64,000 bases of DNA from Lama glama. Taxonomy: Eukaryota. The position numbers were made by a program, and so were the translations under genes. Below the pieces are notes generated by a model. The model saw only the letters and a list, made by a program, of their open reading frames with translations, was not told where the DNA came from and searched no databases. The DNA lies in assembly GCA_028534125.1 (NCBI GenBank), contig CM052817.1:3970001-4034000 (forward strand), in the 5' to 3' direction. Numbering within the stretch: the first letter of the stretch is position 1; each line of letters starts with the position of its first letter. Positions 36,801 to 50,200 of the stretch are shown here, one piece after another.

Positions 36801-37199
36801 GCCTGTATCACGGAGCTGTTGTGGGGCCGGGAAAACGTTCTGGGTCCGGAGCCCGAATGGCCCAAGTTCCAAGGCTGGCTCAGGGAAGTCCAGCTGTAAA
36901 ACGACAGAGTTAGGACAGCATTTTCCTTTTCTCCTTTTAGAAATGATCCTGAAGCAACAAATAGAAATGCAAATGTCTCTGATGAAACCATAGCATCTGG
37001 AACCTCGTACATGGAAGTTCAGTAGAAGTCAAGATGGGTGCAGGGAGAGTCCAGAGGGAGAGAAGGTGCCTGGCTGCAGAAGGGCTCAGACGGAGCGAGA
37101 GGGCCGAGTTCTCTGTACTCCGGGTGGTGGGGGCAGAAGGTGAAACCTACCGCCCCTTTCATGCATCCGCTGCCGTGGGAGCCCTCCCATGTCCAGGGG

Positions 37200-37800
37200 T
37201 TTGTGTTTAATTGAGGTATAATCGACATATCTTTTATCTGTTTCAGGTATTTAATGTAATGATTCAATATTTGTCTACACTGGGAAATGATCACTACGTT
37301 AAGTCTAGTTAACATGTGTCACCATGTATAGTTTTACACTTTTTTTCCCGTGACGAGTGGGAACTTGTAAGAACTACTCTCTTAGCAACTTTCCAGCATT
37401 ATTAATGATCATCACCATGCTATACATTACATCCCCGTGGCTTATTTCTTTTCCAGCTGGAGGTTTGTACCCTTGAACCACTTCATCCATTTTGCCCACC
37501 TCTGACCCTCTGTCTCTGGTGACCACCAGTTGGTTCTTTGTATCTCTCAGTGGGGATTTTTTTTTAGATTCTACATATAAGGATTATACAGTATTTGTTT
37601 TTCTCTGTCTGACTTATTTCACTTAGCTTTATTGCCTTCAAATTCCATCCATGTTGTCAAAAATGACAAGGGTTTCTTTTTTATGGCTGAGTAATATTCC
37701 ATTGTATCTCCCTCCTTCCCTCTCCACTCACCCTGCTCTCTATGTGTATGTATTTGTGTGTGTGTGTATAAAATTACATTTTCCATTCATCCATCAGCTC
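37200..37800 (-). mobile_element. LINE-1 (L1MA-like) 3' fragment
   Basis: ttaattgaggtataatcgacata...ctactctcttagcaactttc...ctgacttatttcacttagc...tttttatggctgagtaatattccattgta. Confidence 0.85.
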
Positions 37801-38646
37801 TAGTTTTAAACAAAGTAAAAATGGAAGAATCTGGGCTGGACACGAACTCATATACACAAACCATAGTTTCTAGATGCATCTCCTGGGGAGACAGAGTGGG
37901 AAATAGAGGCTCTGTGTGGGTGCAGGTATGAGGCCTCTGATCTTTGCCCAGAAAAAAGTAAAGGCTGAAAGAACTGTCCCTCACTCACACCCTGTATCAT
38001 AAGACCTGTCTCACTTTTTGAACTGTCTTGCACATGAATCTTGTATAAATCAATGGTTCAGGAAGAACTTGCCTCACAGGTGAGTCATAATCAGAGGGAA
38101 ACAGCACAGCTCTATATTAAGTTACTCTAAAAAACCAAGAAAGTGATAGGTGAAGAATAGACATAGGAAAAATATTGCCACATGCAGATGAAAATTCTGA
38201 GAGTACATAATGTCTTGAATTAAGGAAGAAGTACTGGAGGTAATCCCGCCTGTAAAAGTGCAAAGTTGGGATACAGGAACCCAGCAGAGATGGCAACATG
38301 ACAGAAGAGGCTGGCCCGTGGTACGACTGATCTCAGTGAAACAGATGGGCTGAAAAGTAAGCCCGACGGCAAGTGAAGCCCACGGTGGGGTGACCACAGC
38401 AGGGGATGCAGAAAACACAGCGAGAGGCCTGGAAGCGGGGCTGGGAAGAGCAAGGCAAAGTCATATAAATAAAGAAGGGATAAAAGAGTCAAAAAGTGGT
38501 AATACAGAAGGCAGAGGGGATCCAGCATACACATAATTGGTGTCCTTGGAGATGAGAATGGAAATAATTAAATTCCTAAAATGTCAGTATAATTTAGGAA
38601 AACTTTCCAAATATAAGATTAAAAACAAAATCTTAATGGTCACGCC

Positions 38647-38999
38647 TGCTTCTGTGGTCTGCATGTTTGTGTCCTCCCAAAATATGTCTGTTGAATCCTT
38701 ACTCCCAAGGTGATGATATTAGAAGGTAGAGCCTCTGGGAGATGATGAGGTCATGAGGGCAGAACCCTGATAACTGGGAACAGTGTCTTGTACCAGAGAC
38801 CCCAGAAAGCTAGTGTGTCCCTTCTACCAGGTGAGATTATAGTGAAAAGACTGAGATGCAGGCCCTTACCACACACTGAATCTATGGCACCGTGGTCTTG
38901 GACCTCCCAGCCTGCAGAATCTTGAGACATAAATGCATGTTGCTTATAAGCCACCCAGTCAAGGTGTTTTTGTCATAACATCCCAGGTGGGCCAGGACA
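38647..38999 (+). mobile_element. MaLR solo LTR (MLT1A/MST-like)
   Basis: tgtttgtgtcctcccaaaat...gttgaatcct...ggtcttggacctcccagcctgcagaa...ataaatgcatgttgcttataagccacccagtc. Confidence 0.8.
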
Positions 39000-41900
39000 C
39001 TACCTCATCAGGTTGTTGAGGATCAACTGGGTTTTTAGCCAAGTGAAATGACTAGGACAGAACCTGGCACATGACAGGTACAGTCCAATTAGCCGATATA
39101 ATTACCACGTCCGTGGTTGAACACAGGGTCTGGATTTGGAGCCCATGTGCCTCCCGGTCCAGTAGGGGTGGCCCACCTGGCAGTAGATGAGCCACAGCCA
39201 GGCATTAAGAGGTCTGGAGTGGGTTGACAAGGAGGGGCAACCAACTCATCCAGGGGGTCAGGGGAGGCCACCCAGGGAGCCTATCTTGCTGGGTCTTAAA
39301 GAATGGATGAGAAAATGAGGCAATACCATTTCTCACCCCTCGGCTCTGCAGAGAGATCTTGAAGCCTCAGGATCACAGGCATAGGGAGGGGATGGAGAGA
39401 CGGAGAGGCATATACACTGTCATTGGAAGCGTAAATGAGAGCAAACCACTTGGACAGGAATTTGCCGACACGTAGACATGTGAAAGATGTCCCCCATCTG
39501 CAGCCCGGCAAGTCCCTTTCAAGGTATATAGGGTAGAAAAGCTCTTGCAGCTGTGCACATAGAAACCCATTCAACAGTATTTGAAAATTTTAAAAGAAAT
39601 CAAAAGATTTTTTATAACTTGTTTGGCAGCAAAACCCGACTTAAATTGATGTCTTAAATGGATTTAGTCTTTGTTTATCCCTTTAGTGTGACTTTTCTTA
39701 TGTTCTGCTATAGAAGTAGGAGTGAGTTTGAGAAAGGGGCGCTGACACAGCCCAGATCCTCCCCAGGGTGTTCTGTAGTGTGTGGAAGGTGGGGCTGGGA
39801 CCTGGTCTGACTCCCCAAGGCCCCTGGAGGATGGCTCAGAGTGGACAAGGTGGAAGGCAGAAGTGCTGGTTCAGTGCTGGCCCCTCCTCCACCCTGAGAC
39901 CGCACAGCCGGACAGGGGCAGGGGCAGATGAGATCTTGGAGCTCCAGGCTCTCTCAGCAGGTTCCCCAGAAGCTGACCCTGCGTGAGGATGATTTGTTCA
40001 GGAAGTGTTGCCAGGGGAAACCAGGCTTGGCGGGGCGGGCAGGACAGGGGACGATGTGACTGCAGGTAGAGGAAGTTTCAGCCTGACCCTGCGGATGTGC
40101 CCTGAGCTTGTCCACCCTGGGGGTCAGGCAGCCACTGCCAAGGGCCTGTGGTGTGGAGGCCTCTGGAAGTCCCTGTGGTCCTGCCTGACTTCATCCAGGA
40201 GGTGGGCCTCATCCGGTGGCGCTCTGGGCGGCTCACACTCGCTGTTGAGCGCCGACCGCTGAAGCTGCGGTTCTGTGAGCTGGTCGTTATCTCGTTGGTA
40301 GTTTGCAGTTGGCCGTGGTAGGCGATGTGGGCAGATGCTACAAGTCAGGGCCCAGCCGGTTCTTAAGCATTTGCCAGCACGCTCCTGGCTGCCTTTCAGA
40401 CCTTCCCCTCCTTCAGGATTCCTCTCCCCCTTTACCAGACTGTGCTGATTCCTGGCCTTGAAAACCCAACGATATCTGTCATCTAGAATCTCAGGCACCC
40501 TCCCTCGGTGAATGGGCTCCCTTAAGGCCGTGCTTCTCAAAGTGGGGCAGGTGGCTGAGTGCCTGGGCTATAACATCCTCCTCTTCTAATCTTTACATTA
40601 AAAAAAAAGTGATACACAGCTGCAAAGTTGTAATTTGGTGAAAGAAGGAATGAATAGATTACAAAATTGGCCTGAATTTTCTAAACGAACAGATCAAGGA
40701 CATTGTATACTGGCCAGGGGCCACTATTGTCCCATCCCTGTCTGCAGGAGGTTCACTGTGAGGTGTGAGTGTTCAGTGTAACGGGGAACCTCTGGCTTTG
40801 GGCCTTTACTCACACTGAGACTCTGGGGGGAGGGGCTGTCACAGAGGGGAGTCAACTCTCTTCCTGAACCCCAGGGCCCCTTTGGCATTTTACTGATACG
40901 AGGCACTGGAGCTGGAACAGAGAAAGCATGGCCTTTAGAGCCAGATCGCTGGTGCAGACTGTGTGACCTCAGGGAACTTGCTTCCCTTCTCTGGGCCTCA
41001 GCTTCTTTCAGGGAAATCTAGATGACTGGAAATTCCCCCAGGGTTTCCAGGAGGTCAGGTGAGACAGTGCAGGTGGCAGCTGTGAAGCGCCATGCCCACA
41101 CCTAGCATCAGGAACATAGCTGTAGCAACATTCATCAATTTTGGTGCTGAGGAAAATGCAGCTCATTGTGGAAAAGGAAAGAGGTTCACGTGGCCATTTC
41201 TTAAATGGAAATTCACACCTCCCAGTTTGATCTTGGCCTGGATGTGAGAGTTACGCCCTGGGTAGCATCTAAGATTATGAAACCATTCAGGTGGGGGTCG
41301 AGCTCCTGCGGGTGTGATATTTGGCTTGGGGCAAGGTGTTTGGTCTCTGTGGGCCTCCAGGTAGAATAGGCCACCCCCAGAGAGGGTCCTCAGACCTTCT
41401 CGGATGCTGCAGGGCCACAGCTGGCCCTCATTCTGTGCCCTGCTCCAGAGCAGCCTGCACCCTCAGACCCTTTTTTCTTGGATGTGACTGGGCATTTGTT
41501 TATCCCTGACAGCAAACTCTATTCGATCAGAAATTGATGTCCGTGGTGTTAGCACACAATAAAGCTTCAAGAAGCTGGTTAAACAGCATGAGGTGGGGTC
41601 ATAAAATTTGGCTTTTCATCCCTGTCAGAGCTTCCTTATTACAGAAAGTGAGAAAGACGGAGCAGCGTGCTATATTCTGCAGGGTGTTTAATTTAGAGCG
41701 ACAGTCAGGACTCCCAGGCCCCTCCCGCTGTTTGTAACTGCAGCCTCTCAGCTGTAATTCTGATCAACAGGGCTGGAATTTATCATCATGCTTAACTGCT
41801 TACTTTAAAATTTCCTTTTAAAATGTGTTGTTGATTTCTTTAACGGTTTTTCTTCTCTGCCATCTTCAATTAAAACACATCTTAATGAGGCTTTTGATCT

Positions 41901-42094
41901 TCATTCTTGTCTTTCTACCAGGTACTAACGTCTGAGATTTACTGTTAATTTGATTATTGATGATCTGATTTGAGCCACACATGAATTCTTTTTAGGGATG
42001 TGAAAAATTAGCTTAGAAATGAAAACCAAAATGTAGTGCTTAAGTTAGAGAAAAGGCAGTGTTATAGTCAGAAATAAAGGCTGCTTCTGAGTTG

Positions 42095-42292
42095 TCCTGT
42101 GGGCCAAATATGGCCCACCGACTGTTTTTGTAAATAAAGTTTTATTGGCACACAGCCACACCTGTTCATTTACATATTGTCCATGGCTGTTTTTGCACTA
42201 CAAGGGCAGACCTGAGGAGCTGCAACAGAGGCTGTATGGCCTGTAAACCTGATGTATTGATTATCTGGCCTCTACAAAAAGACTTTGTCAAC
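42095..42292 (+). mobile_element. MER58A-like hAT MITE
   Basis: cctgtgggccaaatatggcccaccgactgtttttgtaaataaagttttattggcacacagccac. Confidence 0.8.
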
Positions 42293-42732
42293 TGTGATAG
42301 TTAATTTTATCTGTCAGCTTCGTTGAGCTGTGGTGCCCAAATATGTGATGAAACATTCTGGGTTTTTCTATGGGAGTATTTTTGGATGAGATGATCATTT
42401 AGATCAGTAGACTTTGAGTAAAGCAGATTATCCTTTATAATGTGGGTGGGCCTCATCTAATCAGTTGATGGTGTGAATATAACAAACACTAACCTCCTCT
42501 GGGCAGCAGAGAGTTCTGCAGCAGATGGTCTTTGGACTCAAACTGCAACATCAGTGCTTTCTGAGTCTCTAGCCAGCTGTCCAACCCTGCAGATTTTGGA
42601 CTTTTCAGTCTCCTTAATTGTGTAAGCCAATTCTATAAAATAAATCTCTCTCTGTGTATATATAAATATCCTATTGCTTTTTTCTTTGGAGAAACAAAAA
42701 GAAACATTGGTCCTGTTTTTCTGACTAATACA
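42293..42732 (+). mobile_element. ERVL solo LTR (MLT2-type)
   Basis: TG...CA ends: tgtgatagttaattttatctgtcagctt ... taatgtgggtgggcctcatctaatcagttga ... aataaatctctctct ... ctgactaataca. Confidence 0.85.
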
Positions 42733-44490
42733 CCTAATTCTTGGGGTCAGATGATCTGCAGTGAAGGATTGTGCAGGGCCTAGGAGTCAGGCAGACTTGG
42801 GTTGAAATCCCATCTCTGCTGCTTCCTGGCTGGGACTTTGAGCTGATTCTGCCACCTCTCAAGGTTTGTTTCTGTATCTGTAAACTGCAGCCAAGTACTG
42901 CTCACTTTGCAGGGCCATGGTTCGTGACTGATACACTTAACAAGGGGCCCAGCACCTGCTGGGTGCCCAGTTCTGGTCACCATCAATGTTATTACTGTGA
43001 ACAAACTGTCTGGCTTATTCATCAGTCTCTTGTGTGTTTGGTTCAGATGAGTCAGCCCTTCAGGCCTGCTAAGGTCCAGCTGCCCTTACAAGATGTGATT
43101 ACTGAACCAGAAAAATAGTGGCCCTGACTCTTGATGGTGGAGTCACAGGTGCCTCTGTGACATTGACCTCTTCCCTGTCCCCGAACCCCTTCAATAGAAC
43201 CAAAGAAGCCCCTGGACTGTGCCAAGTGGGAGCCCCTGGCTTGGTTGCAGATGGCGGCACGAAGGACGCAGTTGCTGGGTTAACTGGAAGGAGCTGTCCT
43301 GCTGGCCTTTCCCAGACTTCATTCAAGCACCGAGATGCTGAACTTTGAGCCTTTGTTCTCTAACTCAGTTGTTTTATTCATTCAACAAATGTTTTATTGA
43401 ATACTTGCTCTGTTCCAGACAGTGTTCTAGGCACCAAGCATACAGCAGGGGTCCATCAGACTTGTCCTGGCCCTCCAGGCCCTCCAGGCCCCATGGGTAC
43501 AGGGCTTAGAGCATGAGCCTCACCCCCCATGCTGTTTCCAGGTCAGATTTTCTCTTCTTGGGCCACAGCTCTGCTCTGTCCCTGTGGAGGTGAAGGTCAG
43601 GTCATGGTGGGGCAGACCTACTGGTGTGAGCCCCACCGCAGGAACCATGTCTCAGTGCAGGACCACTGATCCCCACAGATGCCCCCTCTGTGGTGTGTGC
43701 TGTGTGCCATGTTCCAGCTCGGTTTCAGGCCCATGAAAAGATTCTTAAAATTAACTTTTGAAACTGGCTTCTCTTCATCCGGACTCTCAGTGACAGTGCA
43801 GCCTGCAGAGCTCGGTGAGCAGGACTTGCCCAGTGTTTCCTCCCGGCCAGTGCTGGTGGGCCAGCGGGGCCCTGCCCCGTCCATGGTTCGAGACTGGGTG
43901 GCCAAACTCGGCCGAACCCAGCTGTGTGGTCTCATTAGCAAAGAGCAGGTCTCTGGACCAAAGAGGGGAATAGGAATGACCTGCTGTGAGGTGGGCAAAA
44001 CGTAGGCCTGCAGTCGGAGCTGGGCATGAGTCCCACTCTGCCAGGTGACCCTGGGTGCCCTAGGGCAGGGGTGTGGCCGATGCTTTGTAGAAACTGGAAG
44101 CCACACGAGCAGCTCCGAACCCCAGCTGGGCCTTGGGAGAGCCTTGCTTCCTGTACGGCGGATGGGAGGGAGGCGATACTCTTGATCCACACCGCGAACG
44201 ATCTTATTCCCACCTTGACTGCCGGCGGTCAGTCCTCCTGGAAGGAGACACTGGCAGTGGGGCTTGGCAAGAAACAAGCCATTTGTCATGGCCGTGTGCC
44301 AGCTTGCATGTCGTCCCGCAGCCTGTCCTTGGGAAGTCTTGCCCGCTTGTCATGTGGAGTAGAACATCTGTGTGCGTGCAGGCGTGTGTGTGTGTGTGCA
44401 TGTCTGTGTAAGAGAAAAGTGTCCACACACCTGATGAGACAGTCCCCCAGAGGAGGCAGCATTGATGCGGGGGGATTAGAGGTCCTAAAC

Positions 44491-44900
44491 TATACTGGGT
44501 TGAATATTGTCTCCCAAGATTCATATCCACCCAGAACCTTAGAATATGACTTTATTTGGAAATAGTATTTTGAAGCTGCAATTACTTAAGATCAGGTCAT
44601 ATTTGATTAAAGGGGACCCTAAATCCAATGACTGGTGTCCTTATCTGAAGAGTATAGACACACAGAGACATACAGGGAGACTGTCACACGAAGACAGAGG
44701 CAGAGTTGGGAGTGACGTGTCTATAGAGCAAGGACCACTAAGGGTTGCTGGCAAGCACCAAAAGCTAGGAGAGGCGAGGACTGGCTTTCTCTCCCCTTAG
44801 AGCCTCCACAGGGAACCAGCCCTCCAGGTGCCTTGACTTCGGACGTCCGGCCTCCAGACTGAGGCGGTACGTTTCTGTTGTTTCCAGCCCGCCCATTGGT
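44491..44900 (+). mobile_element. MaLR LTR (MLT1B/C-like)
   Basis: gggttgaatattgtctcccaagattcatatccacccagaacc...ccctaaatccaatgactggtgtccttat. Confidence 0.8.
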
Positions 44901-47116
44901 GTGGGAAAGGAACCAAGGACCCAGACCCAGACCCTGACTTTCTGACCCCTGTTTTCTCCATCTGCAAAGTGAGGTATTGAACTAGAACGGGAGTGACACA
45001 CATTTTCTGTAAGTAGCCAGATGGTAAATACTTTAGACTTTGCAGGCCTAAAATAAAATTTTTTTAGGACAGAAATAAATTTTAATTCATTAGAAGGTAC
45101 AGCAGCGGACAGGGTCCTTTGAAGGGTGTTTTCTAAGTCAGATGAGTGAGATGACACAGAGCCAGGGCGGAATCCCTTCTTGGAACAGACGATGCAAACA
45201 CGGGAATTCAAGCATTCAGTGGGACCTAACTGGTGGTGCAACTGAAGACCCCAGTACTCCCGTCTAGTTCCGTTGGTGGATCAGTTTAAATACCCTTTGC
45301 TTTCTCTTAATAAGTGTTGCTTACTTTTGCTTTGCTTTGTTGTCCTTGTTTGTCATTTGTTTTACGGTCCTTTCAAAATGCAGAAAACTATTCTGGATCC
45401 TGGGCTGGATTTGGCTCACGGGCCGCAGTTTGCCAGCCGAGACTTGAGGCATTAATTCCACCCGTAGGGCGCCCCAGACACACTCACCGTCCATCATCAG
45501 GGCACACGGTCATGGTTCTGCCTCTGGGCCACGTGCTGATGGGGGAGGAGCCAGCCTGGAGCCCCCAGGCGTCAGTTTTCAGAACTGTCAGTGGGCATGA
45601 TGGCTGGTTTTCTTGCATGAAGGCCACAGGGGACAGCGGTAGGCAGGCCGCCTCCCTGTGCCCGTGCCAAGGCCCGTCTCTTGTTCAGCCTCACCCCCTG
45701 GTGCTGGGCACAGGGCCTGGCACATCACAGGAGCTCAGGGGAGAGTTGTCTGAAGAGTGAAGGACTCTTCTGGAAGCCCTCTCTGGGCTGGGGGCTTCTC
45801 TGAGTTCCCCCTTCCATGGCAGTGACTTCAGTGTTGTCATTGTCCCTTTGGGAGGACGGGCGCTTCGGTTGAGCCATCTCTGTACAGTGTTTGATGACAC
45901 AGAGGAGTCAGCCCAAGTGAGGTACGTCTGCCAGGCGATGTCAGCGCCCCCACCCCGACCCTGACCCTAGCACAGCCAGAAGTGCCGGGGCCCAGGTTCA
46001 GTCCTGCAGACACAGGATCTCCAGAAGGAAGTGGTCTCTAAAAGCAGCACGAGCTGGTGCTGGCAGCATGGAGTTTGGGAGCACACAGACCCGAATTTGA
46101 ATGCTGGCTTTGCTGCTTGGCAGCTGTGTTACCCTGAGTGAACGTCTTAACCTTGCTGGGCTTCAGCCTCCTCTGCAGGAGGGCAGAGCAAGCCCTCCCT
46201 GTCAGGTCTGTCCTGAGGACGGGGCGAGGTGTGCCCAGCAGAAAGCAGCCTGGCGCATGGGGGTGCCTGCTCTTAGCAACAGCTCTGTCGTTAGGTGGCT
46301 CTGAATGGTAAAGCCGCGTTTCTGTCAGGCCCGTGCTCTCTCCAGCGTGGGTGTGTGTCCCCTGCCCGCTTGGAACTCTCCCATCCTAGCTCTGTCCAAG
46401 GGTTGCCATGGCCACCCCATTGTACAGATGAAGAAATAGGCTCAGCGAGGGAGTGGCCTTTCCTGAGGCCACGAGGGGAGGCAAATGGCAGAATGGGGAC
46501 CCCAGGCCGGTCCTCCTCCGGCCCTCTTCTCCCTGACCCGAATTACTGCCTGCCTGATCAAAGCACTGTCCCAGCCGTGGACCGTCAGGCACACGGGCTG
46601 GAGCTAAGGGAAGCCTCCATCATCTCATTGGACTGATCGGCAGAAGTCTGTTTGGAATGCTGCCATTTGAGGTGTGGTGACCCCAAACACCTCCATGGCG
46701 GCTGCTCCAGGCACCCGCCCTCCCCCGCCCGCTCCGCATGCGTGCACACACCCGGATCCCATCCTTAATCAGAGCCTCCGGTCCTGAGAGGGCCTGCTTG
46801 CTTGCTCTGACTAGGAGACAGCTTTGAATTATTGCAGCGAGGCTGAGGCCATGGACTGGGGTCCCTGGGGCCCCCTCCCTGAGACAATCTGCAGGAAAAT
46901 GTGTTTACGCAGAAGCTGGAGCAGCGTCCAGACGGAACCCGGCAGGCGGGGCCCTGGAAACGTACCCAGTTGAGTTGCCCTGGGGGTTCTAGGAGCCTGG
47001 CGTCTCGTCAGTATGTTGCATGGGGGGGGGGGGGCTGGGTGCTACATGGGAGCCCCAAACCAGGTCACGGAGAGGGAGGGGCGCCAGGAGCCCCAGGGAG
47101 GGTGGTGCTGCTTCTT

Positions 47117-47299
47117 GTTTAAAAAATTTTTTTTCTTTAATTTTTATTGAAATATAGTTGATTCACAGTGTTTCAGGGGTACAGCAAAGTGATTCAGTTA
47201 TACATATGTATTCTTTTTCAGGTTCTGTCCCATTATGGGCTGTTACACGCTATTGAACATAGTTCCCTGCGCTCTGCAGCAGGTCCTTGTGGTTTACCT
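47117..47299 (-). mobile_element. Short L1 3' end with TSD
   Basis: tttttattgaaatatagttgattcacagtgtttcaggggtacagcaaagtgattcag. Flanks agggtggtgctgcttctt (47099-47116) and agggtggtgcttctt (47300-47314). Confidence 0.8.
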
Positions 47300-50200
47300 A
47301 GGGTGGTGCTTCTTATTGGAAGCTCCCCAGGAGGCCTGCAGCCTGCGTCTGCAGGCAGTGGAATTGGGGGGGCCACGCCCTTACTGATGTAACCCAAGGA
47401 GGAACCAGCTGAAAATCTAGTCCCCGGGGCTAAGAGCCTCTTTTTGTTTTCTTATCTAGAAGAAGCAGCAGCACCACCACCCTGCCTCCCGTCCCTTTTC
47501 ACTTACCCACGCCCCCACCCTTTGTGACGTCCTTGCAGGGGGCCCAGAGCTCGGGGTCAGACCGCAGCGAGACACTAGGCAAAGGAGTCAGCAGGGGGAG
47601 GCAGCAGGGAGAGGCAGAGCAGCACACCTGGCCCCTCATTGTGGACACCGAGTGCCTGGCTTAGGTGTGCTGGCCAAGTGGGCTTCTGAATGCTGAGCCC
47701 CAGAATTTGTCTAGCATACCCACCCATCTCTGAACTGGCAGGCAGGCAGGCGCAGAGCAGAGCTGGCCCTCCTGGGCGCTGGGCTCCCAGGAGGAAGTGG
47801 GGAGGAGGGGCGGGGCTCCTTACGCCCAGCCCTCCTTCCATATATACAGATCAGAGTGGGTCATCCTCCTTCCCGAGGAGGGGAGAGGCCAGGAGCGTAC
47901 TGCAGAGGACACAGCAGGAGTCTGGAAGAAGCATCTTCCCTGCTCCCCCAACCCTGTCAGATGGTCCCCGCCATCCTGCGGGGTGGTATCGGTGTGGCTC
48001 TGTGTTCGGAGCCAAAATCTTGAGAAACAGAAAGATCTGGATACAGAGTGGCATTTGTGCAGCCAGAGGGCATGTGGGCAGCCCAGGCCTGGCCAGTAGG
48101 TCAGTGTGACTGGAGCAGAGGTGAGGGAGGGGTAGCGGGGATGGCGAGAGACAAGCTGGACCCAGTGCAGGGCTCCTACGTCATCGAGGAGGTGGTGGCT
48201 GGTCGGCTGTTTGGGAAAGCTCAGGCTGGAGGGGGGATGGGGTGGGTGAGACCAGAGGCAGTTGGGGGTGAGCTAAGCTGGCAGAGGCTGGGCGGGGGGG
48301 GGAGGGTCCCAGAGGAAACTGACGAGGGACATCTAGATGACAGGACAGACAGGCGTGCTGCTGGATCGGCTGCGGCATTTTCATTGGGTAGTGGAGTCAG
48401 ACTTGGGTTTGAATCCTGGATCCCTTGGAAGCTGGATGACTTTGTGAAGTTGTATGACCTCTCTGAACCTCAGTTCTCTCATCTGTAGAATGGGGGACTC
48501 CCCGCTGCGGGGTTGTGTGCATGTAAAGCATGCAGCCCAGGGCTGGGCATACGGGTCACCTGCCGATCGCAGTACCTGGCCCGCATGTGATTGCGAGGGA
48601 GGTGGGAGTGGATGTTGATGTGACCCCAGCTTAAAGGCCAGGCTGGTGGGCAGAGGTGGCAGAGGAGTGGGTTTGTTCTGGAGGATGGTGGGCTCAGGCC
48701 TAGACATCTTGAGTTTAAACTGCTGGTGAAAATCCAAATGGAAAGACCCAATTTGACAAGCAGGGATTGGAACAAAATATCAGACCTGAGGCCCTTATCA
48801 CTTGGCCTGTGGATACAGGAGCTGGACGCTCTGTGTGGGCTCAGCTGACAGCCCCGGGACAAAAGGGGACACTAGTAAGGGGAGAGTGGGGGGGCGTATA
48901 TTCTTACCCCCACAGCTACCTGGAATTGGGTTGGGTTGTACAAAAAGGTAATGAGTTCCCCATCAAGGGAGGTATGAGAGTCTTGGCTGAGGTCCACTTG
49001 GGGGGCCATGGAGTGAGGACACCAGAGAGAGTCAGAATGGTTGACCTTCAAGGGTCCTCCGAGTGTCCGCAGCTCTTCAGTGCCCTTGGCCGCTGCCCCA
49101 AATCTGCACAGCATTCAGGACATAGCGGTGCTTCCGGAAGTGTGACTGTCGCCATGGCCCAGACCCACTTGAGCCTCGGGCTGGGCAGAAACAGTAAAGC
49201 AGGCGCAAATTTGCCTTTAAAATAAGATGCTGAGCACCCGCCAAATACAAATGAATTTAAACAGCTGGAAGTCTCACCTTGAGATGTGTCATTGGTGGTT
49301 TCAGTGGGGCTCTGGGCTGCCCCGGGCTGGAATGGTGGATGTGGATCTGCTGGCACTGGTGGATTGAGGCTCCTTTTTTGGGGCAAATGATTGGCAACGT
49401 GGCACTGACCACAGAGTCACTGATTCCGATGAAGAGAGTGTAATGAAGCCACTGCGGTTGGGGCCAAGGCTGGGGGAGGAGGATGAAGGCCACTGGGAGA
49501 TGAGGAAGGAGTGAGCAGGGGCTTCAGGGGATGGTGAGGGGTTGGGAGCTGGCGGTCCTGAGTGGGAACTCCAGCTCTGCCGCTTGCCAGCTGTGGCCCG
49601 GGGCCAGTCACTTCACTTCTCGGGGCCTCAGTTTCTCCATTTGCCAACAAGAGGATTGTTGGGGTGTCAAAAAAAAAACGCAGGTGATGCCCCAGCCTGC
49701 AGTGGAGATCTGGGTCTGCTTACTGCCACCATCACAGGAAAGCAGGCCCGCACTCTGTGTAGACAGAGAAGGCGGCCGGGGTCTTCCCACCAGGGGTTAG
49801 CTCCTGGCTCTCATGGCCGTGCCAAGACTAGCACCCACGGCCTCCCGGATGGGCACCCAGCAGCATCCCCCTGGAAGTTTAATTAGGGCTTGAGATGGGT
49901 TGTGCTGGGGCCCCCAGTGGTACTTCATCAGTGATAAAACGGCCAAGTGTGCGCCCCCAAGTAGCTGAATGACAGAGGGCTCAGCCTCAGCTGGTGGGGG
50001 GGGGTGTGCATGTGTGAGTGTGAGTACGAGTGTGTGTGCATTCTGCCTGTTCTGGAGGAAACAGCAGGAGATCTTCAAGAAATGATTGGGTCTCAGTCCC
50101 ATGAGTTGAGGGGAGGGGGAGGCGCGACTGTTAGAGTCATCTGTGGTGCTTGGCCAGCCTCTCTCACACGGGGCTTTAGATGAGGATGCTGTTGGATTTG

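Noticed and set aside
41535..41553. RE1-like CTAACACCACGGACAT on the minus strand
   Set aside because: Mismatches at key positions in both half-sites.
43618..44565. 223-aa and 179-aa overlapping ORFs
   Set aside because: No protein family resemblance; they overlap a (TG)n tract and an LTR.
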